Source of the DNA: Candidatus Aerophobetes bacterium Ae_b3b
Lineage (GTDB): Bacteria > Aerophobota > Aerophobia > Aerophobales > AE-B3A
DNA: 64,000 nucleotides
Direction: 5' to 3'
NCBI GenBank assembly: GCA_005223085.1
Contig: NJBP01000005.1
Coordinates: 2,815-66,814 of the forward strand
How positions within the stretch are numbered: position 1 is the stretch's first letter; every line of letters begins with the position of its first letter. Below, piece after piece: positions 55,044 through 64,000 of this stretch. Made by a program: the position numbers and the translations under genes. The notes below the pieces were generated by a model, which saw only the letters and a list, made by a program, of their open reading frames with translations, was not told the origin of the DNA and did no database searches.

Positions 55044-55934
55044 TTGCCGATAAAAGGGGTAGGCATAAATGCTCATTCATACAGAATAAAGGGTGACCCT
55101 GAGTTCCTTGAGGCCGATTTGGCTTTTTTTGAGGAGGTTGGATTTGAATATGTGGAGATACCTATTCACGGCGTAGATGGAGTAGTAGGTGGTGAGCTTA
55201 ACCTCAAGAGCATGGAAAAGGTTAAAGAAGCTTTGGAAAAGCATCGTTTAAAGGCTACTGTCCATTGTCCCGATCCCTTAAATTTAAGAGAGGGAGATTT
55301 TGAGCTGAGCCAAAAAGTTTTTAAATCTTGTATCGAGTTTACCTCAAAGCTAGAAGCGGAAATTCTGGTATACCATGATGGCAATTTTAAAAGAACAAGA
55401 CAAAGGTCGCAGCATCAAGATTTGGCTAGACGAAAGGAAATTGAGGCACTAGAGTCCCTGAGTGATTTTGCGGCTGAGAGAGGAGTCCAGATTTGTGTTG
55501 AAAATGTTGCGGGTTCTCTGGAGGAATTAGTGAGGATGGTGGGGGAGGTAGATAGGGAAAATGTGGGAATAACTTGTGATTTTGGACATGCTTTTCTTTT
55601 CTATAGCGCCTGCGGCAGAAAAGGGGGTTTCTTGGAATCTATTGAGAAAACTGTTCCTTACCTGAGACATGTCCATATTCACGACAATTTCGGTAGATTC
55701 ACTTCAGATTTTGTTCTCGATTCCTTAACCACTCCGTACATTGATAGGCTTCCTTTTGGAGAAGGAGATCTCCATATGCCTCCCGGGATGGGAAAGATAC
55801 CCTATAACAAGATCATTCCCTTGATAAAGGGTTATCGAGGCGTGGTCATAATGGAGATCGATCCAAGATATAAAGATTTTTACCAGGAGGCATTAACCTC
55901 GATTAAGAAAATTTTCGAGGAGAAGTCAAAATAG
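55044..55934 (+). CDS. sugar phosphate isomerase/epimerase (xylose isomerase-like TIM barrel)
   Basis: 'VEIPIHG', 'ICVENV', 'HVHIHDN', 'VIMEI' metal-ligand pattern. TTG start. Confidence 0.65.
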   Translation: MPIKGVGINAHSYRIKGDPEFLEADLAFFEEVGFEYVEIPIHGVDGVVGGELNLKSMEKVKEALEKHRLKATVHCPDPLNLREGDFELSQKVFKSCIEFTSKLEAEILVYHDGNFKRTRQRSQHQDLARRKEIEALESLSDFAAERGVQICVENVAGSLEELVRMVGEVDRENVGITCDFGHAFLFYSACGRKGGFLESIEKTVPYLRHVHIHDNFGRFTSDFVLDSLTTPYIDRLPFGEGDLHMPPGMGKIPYNKIIPLIKGYRGVVIMEIDPRYKDFYQEALTSIKKIFEEKSK

Positions 55935-55942
55935 ACCTAACG

Positions 55943-57238
55943 ATGAGAGGAGATAAAGATCTAAAAGGTAAAGGAGAAAAGGTAATCTCAGGACTAAAGG
56001 GAAATTGTATCGTTGCTCAATCGGGTGGCCCCACCGCAGTCATTAATGAGAGTCTATGTGGAGTTATCCAGGAAGCTCAAAGACACGAAGAAATAGAGGA
56101 AATATACGGGGCCAGAGATGGAATTTTGGGTCTACTTAAGGGAGAATTAATCAATTTAAGAAAAGAGAAGAGCTCTACCATTGATGGCTTGAAAACCGCT
56201 CCCGGGGCGGCATTAGGAAGCTGTAGATACCGCTTGAAGTCATGGAGCGAATCCGGTAAGGATTTTGAAAAGATTATCGAGATTTGCAGGAGATACCATC
56301 TTCGGTATTTTTTCTACATCGGGGGTAATGATTCTATGGATACTGCCAATAAGGTAGATGAGGCAGCTAAGAGAATGAACTACCAGCTGGTGGTCATTGG
56401 AATTCCCAAGACAGTAGATAATGATCTTGTCTTTACCGATCACTGCCCGGGTTTTGGTAGCGCAGCAAAATATTTAGCAATTTCAGTAATGGAAGCGGGA
56501 CGTCACCTAGAAAGCCTTTACGATTCGGAGTCGGTAATCATACTGGAGACGTTAGGAAGAAATACCGGTTGGCTTGCTGGATCCTGTGCGCTGGCTAAGC
56601 GGTCCCCAGAGGATGCTCCTCACTTGATTTATTTTCCAGAAATACCCTTTTCTCTGGATAAGTTTATCAAGGATGCACGCGAGGTTTATCACAAGATTGG
56701 CGGGGTCTTTATTGTGGTAAGTGAGGGTCTTCGAGATGAGAAGGGAAATTACGTTTGTGCCAGGAAGGACAGGATATCTACCGATGCTTTTGGTCATCCG
56801 GAGCTAGAAGGAATTTCCAATTACTTAAAGGAAGTGATAGAATCTCAACTCAAACTAAAGACCAGGACTATCAAACCAGATGTCTGTCAGCAGAGCGCCG
56901 TGCATTTTGCCTCCAAGGTCGACATGGAAGAAGCATATTTGGTGGGAAGGCAAGCTGTTAAGTCGGCACTGGAGGGTAAAAGTGGCTACATGATTACCAT
57001 AAGGAGAGAAAAAGGAAGAGTTTATAAGCGAAGAACTTCTAGAGCTAAGCTCTCTCTAGTTGCTAACATGGAAAAGAGAGTTCCCCCAGGATGGATAAAC
57101 AGAAAGGGAAATTTTGTGACTAAGGAATTCATCGACTACGTGCGTCCTCTTATTCAAGGAGAGGTCGATGTCCCTGTTCAGAAGGGGCTTCCTTACTATC
57201 CTAGATTAGAGAAAAGGAAAATTCTGGCTAAGAAATGA
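55943..57238 (+). CDS. phosphofructokinase-family enzyme, probably PPi-dependent type
   Basis: 'AQSGGPTAVIN', 'IGGNDSMDTA', 'IGIPKTVDNDL'. The Lys in PKTxDND is the residue associated with PPi use. 431 aa. Confidence 0.7.
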   Translation: MRGDKDLKGKGEKVISGLKGNCIVAQSGGPTAVINESLCGVIQEAQRHEEIEEIYGARDGILGLLKGELINLRKEKSSTIDGLKTAPGAALGSCRYRLKSWSESGKDFEKIIEICRRYHLRYFFYIGGNDSMDTANKVDEAAKRMNYQLVVIGIPKTVDNDLVFTDHCPGFGSAAKYLAISVMEAGRHLESLYDSESVIILETLGRNTGWLAGSCALAKRSPEDAPHLIYFPEIPFSLDKFIKDAREVYHKIGGVFIVVSEGLRDEKGNYVCARKDRISTDAFGHPELEGISNYLKEVIESQLKLKTRTIKPDVCQQSAVHFASKVDMEEAYLVGRQAVKSALEGKSGYMITIRREKGRVYKRRTSRAKLSLVANMEKRVPPGWINRKGNFVTKEFIDYVRPLIQGEVDVPVQKGLPYYPRLEKRKILAKK

Positions 57239-57309
57239 AGGGATCGTTTCTCGCGGTACCCAAAGTGTAAGTACTCATCCCTAATTTGTAGTGGTTACCC
57301 CAAGGGTTT

Positions 57310-57328
57310 TCAAGAAATATCTCGGGAC
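57310..57328 (-). repeat. 19-nt dispersed motif, reverse orientation (exact)
   Basis: The plus strand reads TCAAGAAATATCTCGGGAC. Directly abuts the TTG start of the PfkB-family gene. Confidence 0.9.
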
Positions 57329-58279
57329 TTGAATATGCTGGATTTAATAGTGGTGGGAAATTTATCCTATGATGCTATATCGACGCCCAACGGCCGTCGA
57401 AAAGCGGCTTTTGGTGGTTCGGTTGCCTATGCCAGTCTTTGTGCCAGCTACCTTGGTGAGCGAGTGGGTGTGGTAGCTAAGGCTGGCAAAGATTATCACC
57501 TTAAAGATTTGGATAGACTTGTGCGTCGGGACATCGATATTGAGGGAGTAAAGATAGTTTCCCTCGGTCTCACCACTAGATTTGAGAATGTGTATGATGA
57601 GAATGAAAGTAGAAAACAGAGATTGTTAGGCAGAGGCGATCCCATATTTCCTGAGGATGTACCGGATGGGTATCTGAATGTGGATAAGGTATGTTTTTTG
57701 CCAATCTTTCAGGAGTTACCTTGCCAAACGGTGGAAAAGCTTACCAAAAATGGAAAATGTGTCTGCCTGGATCCCCAAGGTTATATCAGGACAACCGGCA
57801 AGGCCGGAGAAATAGTACTGACCGATTGGAAAGAAAAAGAAAAGATTCTTAGAAAAGTGGATATCCTAAGCACAAGTGCTCCGGAACTAAATGCTGTTGC
57901 AGCCACAGCTGATGCTTTAAGTGCCGCTGAAAAACTGAGCAGTCTTGGTCCAGAAATAGTATTTATTACTAGAGAAGGGGGATCAAAGAGTTCTTTGCTC
58001 TATTTTGATGAGAGGTTGGAGGAGGTGCCGATTATCCCTCCCCAGGTTTTTGTGGATCCCGGAGGGGTAGGGGATGCTTCAGCGGTTGCTTTTCTGGTGG
58101 AATATGAAAAAACACACGATCCCTGGTGGTCAGCTTTCTTTGCCTCAGCAGCCTCCTCTTTTGTTATGGAAGCCTACGGAGCCGATAGTTTTGGGAACAG
58201 AGACCAAATTTTAACCAGAATAAAGATTTTTGTCAGTCATAATCGACAGTACCGGGGTTTATGCCAGGGTTTTCTCTAA
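57329..58279 (+). CDS. PfkB/ribokinase-family carbohydrate kinase
   Basis: 'DLIVVGNLSYDAI', 'GGSVAYAS', 'DPGGVGDA'. The start is either TTG 57329 or ATG 57335. Confidence 0.7.
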   Translation: MNMLDLIVVGNLSYDAISTPNGRRKAAFGGSVAYASLCASYLGERVGVVAKAGKDYHLKDLDRLVRRDIDIEGVKIVSLGLTTRFENVYDENESRKQRLLGRGDPIFPEDVPDGYLNVDKVCFLPIFQELPCQTVEKLTKNGKCVCLDPQGYIRTTGKAGEIVLTDWKEKEKILRKVDILSTSAPELNAVAATADALSAAEKLSSLGPEIVFITREGGSKSSLLYFDERLEEVPIIPPQVFVDPGGVGDASAVAFLVEYEKTHDPWWSAFFASAASSFVMEAYGADSFGNRDQILTRIKIFVSHNRQYRGLCQGFL

Positions 58280-58352
58280 TCTTATAAAAAGTAGACTCTG
58301 CTTGACTTGGTGAACATGAAACAAGATGGCAGGGTAATAATGGCAAGGGAAG

Positions 58353-58526
58353 AGCTAAAAATAAGGCCAGAGGGAGGTGAAAAGCAGGTAGGTCGTTAGC
58401 TGGGCAGAAGGAAAGCTTCCCAGAAAGAGGAAGCCGTTAAATAATTAAATTTCCTCAGAGGAAGTTTCAGAAAATAGCTCAGCTATCTCAGCAAAAAGAT
58501 GGGAAAACAAAAAGGAGAGAGTTAAT
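58353..58526 (+). promoter_or_regulatory. conserved leader, copy Y (upstream of the Fe3+-type ABC operon)
   Basis: AGCTAAAAATAAGGCCAG, AGCTGGGCAGAAGGAAAGCTT, CGTTAAATAATTAAATTTC and AAAAAGGAG SD, collinear with 47351-47538. Confidence 0.6.
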
Positions 58527-59561
58527 ATGTTTAGACGATTGCTGGTATTCAGTTTAACGGCAGCCCTACTTTTTGGTCTGGCTGCCACAGGATTTACGGC
58601 CAAAAAGACTCTCCATGTGTATACAGCTTTTGACGTAGACGAGGCTAATATATATATAGAAGCCTTCAAGAAATCGTATCCCGACATAGACGTTAAATGG
58701 GTGCGGATGTCTGCGGGAGAGGTTTTGGCCCGAGTAAGGGCGGAGGCAAAGAATCCTCAGGCGAGTATCTGGTTTGCCGGTCCCAGCACTTCCCACATAG
58801 CTGCCGCGGGACATGACCTACTGGACCCCTATACCGAATCCTTGGCCTGGCAGTACCTTCCCGCTGACTTCAAGGACCCCGAGGGGCGTTGGACTGGCTT
58901 TTACACCGGATTCATCGGCTTCGCTACTAACAAAGAATTTCTCAAAAAGCATGGTGTGGAAGCTCCTACCTCATGGAATGACCTTCTTAAACCGGTGTTC
59001 AAAAAAGAAATCTCCAAAGCCTATCCCTATACTTCAGGTACCGCTTACACCACCTTAATTTCACAGCTTCAAGCTATAGGCCCCAAAAAGCTCGGTTGGG
59101 ACCAGGAAGATGAGGAATATATCAAGAAACTGAGCGCGCAGATACACCACTACACCAAGGCGGGCTCAGCCTGTGTAACCGAAGCAGGGTTGGGTGAGGT
59201 GGCAGTGGGTATTGCCTTCTCTCATGATATCGTGGCCAAGGGTATCGCCAAAGGATATCCGGTGGTGATGAGTTTTCCTAAAGAGGGAACAGGTTACGAG
59301 ATCGGGGCTGTTTCCTTGATCAAAGGCGGGCCTGAACCGCAACTGGCCAGGGTATTCTTTGATTGGCTCATGAGTGCTGAGGCTCAAAGTCTATTTAAGA
59401 AATGGAACAGAGTTCCTTTGAACCCGCAAGCGGAGCTCGCCGAAGGCCTGGTAACAGCGGCCCAGGTCCCGGTAATCGAAGGCTTCGGGGGACAAATCAC
59501 CTGGTATGGTCAGCGCAAGGACGAGATTATCGACCGATGGAGACAAATCACCGGTCGATAA
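58527..59561 (+). CDS. ABC substrate-binding protein, Fe3+/AfuA-FbpA-like (SBP_bac_6-like)
   Basis: Signal peptide, 'LHVYTAFDVDEANIYIEAFKKSYPDIDVKWVRMSAGEV', 'IWFAGPS'. Confidence 0.65.
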   Translation: MFRRLLVFSLTAALLFGLAATGFTAKKTLHVYTAFDVDEANIYIEAFKKSYPDIDVKWVRMSAGEVLARVRAEAKNPQASIWFAGPSTSHIAAAGHDLLDPYTESLAWQYLPADFKDPEGRWTGFYTGFIGFATNKEFLKKHGVEAPTSWNDLLKPVFKKEISKAYPYTSGTAYTTLISQLQAIGPKKLGWDQEDEEYIKKLSAQIHHYTKAGSACVTEAGLGEVAVGIAFSHDIVAKGIAKGYPVVMSFPKEGTGYEIGAVSLIKGGPEPQLARVFFDWLMSAEAQSLFKKWNRVPLNPQAELAEGLVTAAQVPVIEGFGGQITWYGQRKDEIIDRWRQITGR

Positions 59562-59646
59562 TGGAGACTTGGTTCAAACCCAACCGGAGAGGGGAGGATC
59601 TTCTCCTCTCCGGTCCTCTTAATGTCGAGGTCATCGAGGAGATCTA

Positions 59647-61332
59647 TTGAAAATTACTATCTACTTAAGAGAAAGTAGGAACGAAATCAAGAGGTTAATT
59701 AAAGATCCGGTTTTACTTATTAGCATTGTTTTCATCTCCGGACTTCTTTTCCTTTTCATTGCATTTCCACTAATAAAGGTTTTCCAGTACAGCCTCTGGC
59801 CGCGTGGGGAGTTCTCTGCCAAGTATTTTGTGGAATTCTTTCAAAGATCATATCGATGGCGGCCCCTGATTAACAGTTTGACCGTGGGAGCCCTGGTGGC
59901 TCTTCTGGGAACTGTTATTGGCTTCATCTACGCCTATGGGATCACTCGTACAGACATACCATTTAAACGGTTTTTCCGAACCGTAGCCATCTTTCCCATT
60001 ATCTCCCCTCCCTTTCTTATCGCGCTGGCCGCTATTTTTGTTTTTGGAAATCATGGGGTTATAACCGATCTCTTTAACTTAGATTGGGATATATACGGCT
60101 TGGACGGGCTGGTTATGACTGAGACTCTGGCCTACTTCCCCCTCGCCTTTATGGTCCTGGAAGGGGTTCTTTCCAAGGTGGATCCAGCTATGGAAGAGGC
60201 TGCCCTTGACCTGGGGGCATCCAAGCTGAGGACTTTTTTTACGGTAACCCTGCCCCTGGCCACTCCCGGAATAGCCACTGCCCTGCTTTTAGTCTTTATT
60301 AGATCCTTAGAAGATTTTGGTAATCCCATTGTAATTCAGGGTGATTTTCCGGTGCTTACCGTGGAGGCTTTTTTGGCTATTACGGGAATGTACAATATGC
60401 CCTTAGGGGCGACTCTGGCCATCTTTTTACTGGTGCCGACAATGATAATCTTTGTGGTGCAAAAATATTGGGTTTCCCGAAAGTCGTACGTGACTGTGAC
60501 CGGCCGACCATCGGGAGCTGGACTTCTAAGCACAGAAAAACACGCCAAATACCCTGTGATGGTAGCTATGATATTCCTAAGCTCATGTGTACTTCTTTTT
60601 TATGGGGTGGTCTTGTACGGTTCCTTTACCAGACTATGGGGAGTGGACAACAGCCTAACCCTGGAAAACTACCGGTATGTCTTTACAGTAGGCGGTCAAT
60701 ACATTAGCGATACTCTCACCATCGCCCTGATAGCAACGCCTATAGGCGGAATATTAGCCATGATAATAGCCTATTTGGTGGCAAGAAAAAAATTCTTGGG
60801 CAAAGGAGTTATGGATTTTGTCTCCATGCTCAATTTTGCCGTACCGGGGGTGGTGGTGGGCATCGCTTACATATTGGCTTTCAACACCCGCCCTCTACAG
60901 CTTACCGGAACCGCCCTGATTATAATATTGGTCTTTATCTTCCGGAGAATGCCGGTGGGGATAAGAGATGGAATAGCTCAACTGCAACAGATAGATCCGG
61001 GTATTGATGAGGCCTCTACCGACCTGGGAGCTGGTATGTTCAGAACATTTGGGAGGATCACCTTGCCCCTGATTGCTCCCGCCTTTCTCTCGGGTATGGT
61101 TTATATGTTTGTAAGGTGTATGACGGCAATAAGTGCAGTTATCTTTGTTGTTTCTGCTGATTGGCAGCTTCTTACGGTGGCCCTACTTCACGAAGTGGAC
61201 AATGCTGATCTTGCCCAGGCTGCCGCTTACGGATATGTAATCATTGTTATTGTATTAACTGCAATAATTGGGCTGAGACTGGTAGTTGGGGGTTTGTTAG
61301 GCAGAAGAACTACTTTGTTCCAGCCAGAATAA
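59647..61332 (+). CDS. two-domain ABC permease (FbpB/AfuB-like)
   Basis: 561 aa, 12 TM segments, two EAA loops ('MEEAALDLGASKLRTFFTVTLP' and 'IDEASTDLGAGMFRTFGRITLP'). TTG start. Confidence 0.8.
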   Translation: MKITIYLRESRNEIKRLIKDPVLLISIVFISGLLFLFIAFPLIKVFQYSLWPRGEFSAKYFVEFFQRSYRWRPLINSLTVGALVALLGTVIGFIYAYGITRTDIPFKRFFRTVAIFPIISPPFLIALAAIFVFGNHGVITDLFNLDWDIYGLDGLVMTETLAYFPLAFMVLEGVLSKVDPAMEEAALDLGASKLRTFFTVTLPLATPGIATALLLVFIRSLEDFGNPIVIQGDFPVLTVEAFLAITGMYNMPLGATLAIFLLVPTMIIFVVQKYWVSRKSYVTVTGRPSGAGLLSTEKHAKYPVMVAMIFLSSCVLLFYGVVLYGSFTRLWGVDNSLTLENYRYVFTVGGQYISDTLTIALIATPIGGILAMIIAYLVARKKFLGKGVMDFVSMLNFAVPGVVVGIAYILAFNTRPLQLTGTALIIILVFIFRRMPVGIRDGIAQLQQIDPGIDEASTDLGAGMFRTFGRITLPLIAPAFLSGMVYMFVRCMTAISAVIFVVSADWQLLTVALLHEVDNADLAQAAAYGYVIIVIVLTAIIGLRLVVGGLLGRRTTLFQPE

Positions 61333-61347
61333 ACTTGGGAGATACCA

Positions 61348-62433
61348 ATGGCAGAGGCCGAACTAATCCTACAGCATGTGAGCAAGATTTTTGCAGAGGG
61401 TACAACAAGAGAGGTCAAGGCAGTGGACGATCTTTCTCTAGAGGTGAAGAAAGGACTTCTAGTTACGCTCCTGGGACCATCTGGATGTGGAAAAACCACC
61501 ACTTTGAGAATGATTGCCGGATTTGAGTATCCTACCAGAGGAAAAATTTTTATGGGAGATAAACTCATAAATGACATTCCGCCTCAGCGTCGAGACTCAG
61601 CTATGGTTTTCCAGAGTTACGCCCTTTTTCCTCATATGACTGTATTTGAAAACGTAGCCTATGGTTTAAAGGTGAGGAGATTTTCTCGTCAGGAGATTAA
61701 GAGAAAAGTAGTCCAGGCTTTGAAATTGGTCGATCTGGAAGGTCTTGAGGACCGGCCTCCTGGACAACTTTCCGGCGGCCAACAGCAAAGGGTTGCTCTT
61801 TCCAGAGCTCTGGTGACTGAGCCAAAAGTATTATTGTTTGATGAACCCCTTTCCAATCTCGACGCTAAACTAAGGGTGAGTACCAGAGAAGAACTAAGAA
61901 GATTACAGCAGAAACTCTCTATAACCAGTATTTATGTTACCCATGATCAGGCAGAGGCTATGACCATTTCCGATGAGATAACTGTGATGAAAGATGGCCG
62001 GGTCCAGCAAATCGGATTTCCAGAGCAAATTTACCTTCATCCTGAGAATAAATTTGTGGCTGATTTCATTGGCGAGGCCAATTTCTACCGGGGGACCATC
62101 ATCAAATCACAGGATGGCCGCGTTGAGGTCAAGATGTTGGACAGGTTAATAACTATTAATCAGGATGGGGATTTTCACCCCGGGGATGAAGTAGAGGTAG
62201 TGGTGAGACCAGAGACCGTAGATATAGTTGCCCAAGGAAAAGGCGATTTCGACGGAGTGGTAAAATTCTCCCATTATACAGGATCGGCGGCCACTTACCA
62301 CCTAGAATTAAGAGGAGGGCAGAAGATGGAGGTAAAGGTACTAAACCCGCAAGAAAAAGGGCTGCTCAGAGATGAGGAGGTGGTGGGGGTAAAGCTTCAT
62401 AGAAATAACATCCATCTTCTAACTGGGAAGTAA
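61348..62433 (+). CDS. ABC ATP-binding protein (FbpC/PotA-like)
   Basis: 'GPSGCGKTT', '[15 protein letters not shown]', '[11 protein letters not shown]', and a TOBE-like C-terminus. Confidence 0.9.
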   Translation: MAEAELILQHVSKIFAEGTTREVKAVDDLSLEVKKGLLVTLLGPSGCGKTTTLRMIAGFEYPTRGKIFMGDKLINDIPPQRRDSAMVFQSYALFPHMTVFENVAYGLKVRRFSRQEIKRKVVQALKLVDLEGLEDRPPGQLSGGQQQRVALSRALVTEPKVLLFDEPLSNLDAKLRVSTREELRRLQQKLSITSIYVTHDQAEAMTISDEITVMKDGRVQQIGFPEQIYLHPENKFVADFIGEANFYRGTIIKSQDGRVEVKMLDRLITINQDGDFHPGDEVEVVVRPETVDIVAQGKGDFDGVVKFSHYTGSAATYHLELRGGQKMEVKVLNPQEKGLLRDEEVVGVKLHRNNIHLLTGK

Positions 62434-62553
62434 TTGTTTATAAGCTGATGAACTCGACATGAAGATATTCCTCTACATGGAAAACTTTTGGAAATGATCG
62501 AGAAGGCGTTGGAAAAGATGAAGAACAAGAAATAAACGAAAGGGAGGCTATAA

Positions 62554-63747
62554 ATGGGAAAGATGAAGACCGTTACCTTATTTGCTGACTGGGAACCAAA
62601 AAGTGATTTTAAGTTAGGCTTGAAAGATGTGGAAGGAAAGCTCACTTACCTCGGAAGTAAGGTCTGGAAAAATCCTATCCTTAAGATAATGGAAAAGGAT
62701 ATCCCTGAAATTGGTCTTACTGAAGTTCTCATTAAGGTAAAAGCATGCGGTATCTGTGGCAGTGATGTTCATATGGCCCAGTCTGACAATGAGGGATATA
62801 TCTGGTATCCTGGGCTTACCGCCTTTCCTTGTAGTCTGGGACACGAGTTTTCCGGAGTAGTAACTAAAGCGGGAAAGGCCGCAATTAACAAAAGAACCGG
62901 AAAAAAATATGAAGAGGGTGAACCGGTTACCTCGGAGGAGATGCTCTGGTGTGGAGCCTGCCGACCATGCGCTGATGGTTACCCTAACCACTGTGAGGCA
63001 CTGCAGGAGTTGGGTTTTTCCTGTGATGGAGCCTTCGCCGAATATGTGAAGGTAGATGCGAAGTACACCTGGAGTCTGGAGGAGTTAAAGGGAAAATATT
63101 CCGGTGATCAAATATTTTTGGCCGGAAGTCTGGTCGAACCAACGTCGGTGGCCTTTAATGCCGTCATAGAACGGGGAGGTGGTATTCGTCCTGGAGATAA
63201 TGTGGTTATTTTGGGTGGAGGTCCTATTGGTCTGGCAGCGGTGGCTGTTTTAAAAAGGGCAGGAGCGGCTAAGCTAATATTATCGGAACCCTCTGAGTCA
63301 AGAGCAAAGCTAGCCAAAAAGATGGGCGCCGACCATATTATTAATCCCTTAAAAGAGAACTTCACTGAATCTGTATTAAAGTTAACCAATGGTCTGGGGG
63401 CAAAATTGTATCTCGAGGCGACCGGTATTCCGGACAGGGTCTTCGGCGACATAGAACAAACTATCTGGGAAGGAAAGCAGTTGAATAGTGTAGTGGTGAT
63501 TGTGGCCAGGTCAGCTCAAAAAATTCCCCTTACCGGTGAGGTGTTTCAGGTAAGGAGAGCATCCATTGTTGGTTCTCAGGGACACTCCGGTCATGGAACC
63601 TTCCCCAGGGTTATCAGCTCTATGGCGTCAGGAATGAATATGCTTCCCTTAATTACTAAGAGAGTTACTCTAGATGAAGTTCCGGAAAATATAGTTATGC
63701 TCCAGAGTAATCGAACAGAATGTAAAATTACGGCAGTTTTGGAGTAA
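62554..63747 (+). CDS. Zn-dependent medium-chain dehydrogenase, long-N-terminus polyol/ketose type
   Basis: 'CGICGSDVHM', 'GHEFSGVV', structural-Zn Cys cluster 'CGACRPCADGYPNHC', 'ILGGGPIGL'. 397 aa. Confidence 0.75.
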   Translation: MGKMKTVTLFADWEPKSDFKLGLKDVEGKLTYLGSKVWKNPILKIMEKDIPEIGLTEVLIKVKACGICGSDVHMAQSDNEGYIWYPGLTAFPCSLGHEFSGVVTKAGKAAINKRTGKKYEEGEPVTSEEMLWCGACRPCADGYPNHCEALQELGFSCDGAFAEYVKVDAKYTWSLEELKGKYSGDQIFLAGSLVEPTSVAFNAVIERGGGIRPGDNVVILGGGPIGLAAVAVLKRAGAAKLILSEPSESRAKLAKKMGADHIINPLKENFTESVLKLTNGLGAKLYLEATGIPDRVFGDIEQTIWEGKQLNSVVVIVARSAQKIPLTGEVFQVRRASIVGSQGHSGHGTFPRVISSMASGMNMLPLITKRVTLDEVPENIVMLQSNRTECKITAVLE

Positions 63748-63800
63748 GGAAAACTGTTTTTCTGAATAGGTGTAGTTCGACGTACGAGAAAATGGGGCAG

Positions 63801-63821
63801 GGTAGCCGCAACCTTAAGGTG
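63801..63821 (+). repeat. solo REP-like hairpin
   Basis: GGTAGCCGCAACCTTAAGGTG has the same GGTAGCCGCA head as the REPs at 2510, 29922 and 36805. Confidence 0.5.
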
Positions 63822-63827
63822 ATTTAA

Positions 63828-64000
63828 ATGAAAAAGATGTTGGCAGCAGTCTTTGAAGGGGAAGGGAAACTGGCCTTAAAGGAGATTCCGGTTCCCGAGA
63901 TAAAGACCGAAGATGAGGTCTTGTTAGAAGTGGAAGCAGCAGGTATTTGTGGGACAGATGTGCACATTTTGGAGGTGCCTCCTGGCCATCCAGCTACGCC
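63828..64000 (+). CDS. Zn-dependent alcohol/polyol dehydrogenase (5' partial, runs off the window)
   Basis: 'MKKMLAAVFEGEGKLALKEIPVPE...LLEVEAAGICGTDVHI'. Confidence 0.7.
   Translation, partial: MKKMLAAVFEGEGKLALKEIPVPEIKTEDEVLLEVEAAGICGTDVHILEVPPGHPAT

Noticed and set aside
57241-57310. A minus-strand promoter-like arrangement created by the inverted 19-nt motif (TTGAAA-17-TACAAA) with a 16-codon ORF.
   Set aside because: The -10 box is weak and the ORF tiny with no SD. It would only yield an antisense transcript into the PFK-family gene 3' end. It is noted under the motif finding rather than called as a feature.

Overview
The window reads as chromosomal DNA from an uncultivated, generally AT-rich bacterium with peptidoglycan machinery. 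No rRNA, tRNA or CRISPR array was seen; the one clear RNA gene is tmRNA. Gene content falls into four blocks. (1) 42-18981 is a long co-oriented envelope-glycan locus. It holds three GT-C membrane glycosyltransferases, a polyprenyl-phosphate sugar synthase, a DegT aminotransferase, a triple-repeat CBM-like protein, MurJ, a Wzy/ligase-like protein, hddC-hddA-gmhA, GT2/GT4 enzymes, WecA/MraY and a geranylgeranyl-reductase. (2) 19-36.6 kb is housekeeping: vapBC, a Uma2 nuclease, rsmI, thpR, recA, amidase, GerMN, a murI stub, yhhQ, a lone E2 acyltransferase, ribE-ribBA-[RAYT]-ribH, prmC, mrdA-rodA and a lone leuC. (3) 36.9-47 kb has two secreted coiled-coil proteins, then a minus-strand block: rpmE, rho, nnr, acpS, pdxJ, dapL, dapB, ssrA, smpB, rnfE. 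(4) 47.5-64 kb holds three ABC uptake operons and sugar-catabolic genes, one operon strikingly GC-rich. The most unusual content is non-coding, in four repeat families not explained by the genes. (a) A REP/RAYT system: a tyrosine-transposase gene flanked by inverted REP hairpins sits inside the riboflavin operon, with about 120-145 nt palindromic MITE-like derivatives elsewhere. (b) A 210-260 nt hairpin-containing element abuts the start codons of recA and mrdA. (c) Its 19-nt terminal motif GTCCCGAGATATTTCTTGA is dispersed at four further intergenic sites, one coinciding with a truncated murI and two in inverted orientation bracketing the GC-rich cassette. (d) A roughly 120-190 nt leader is shared by two unrelated ABC operons. 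All protein calls come from motif recognition by eye; no database search was run.
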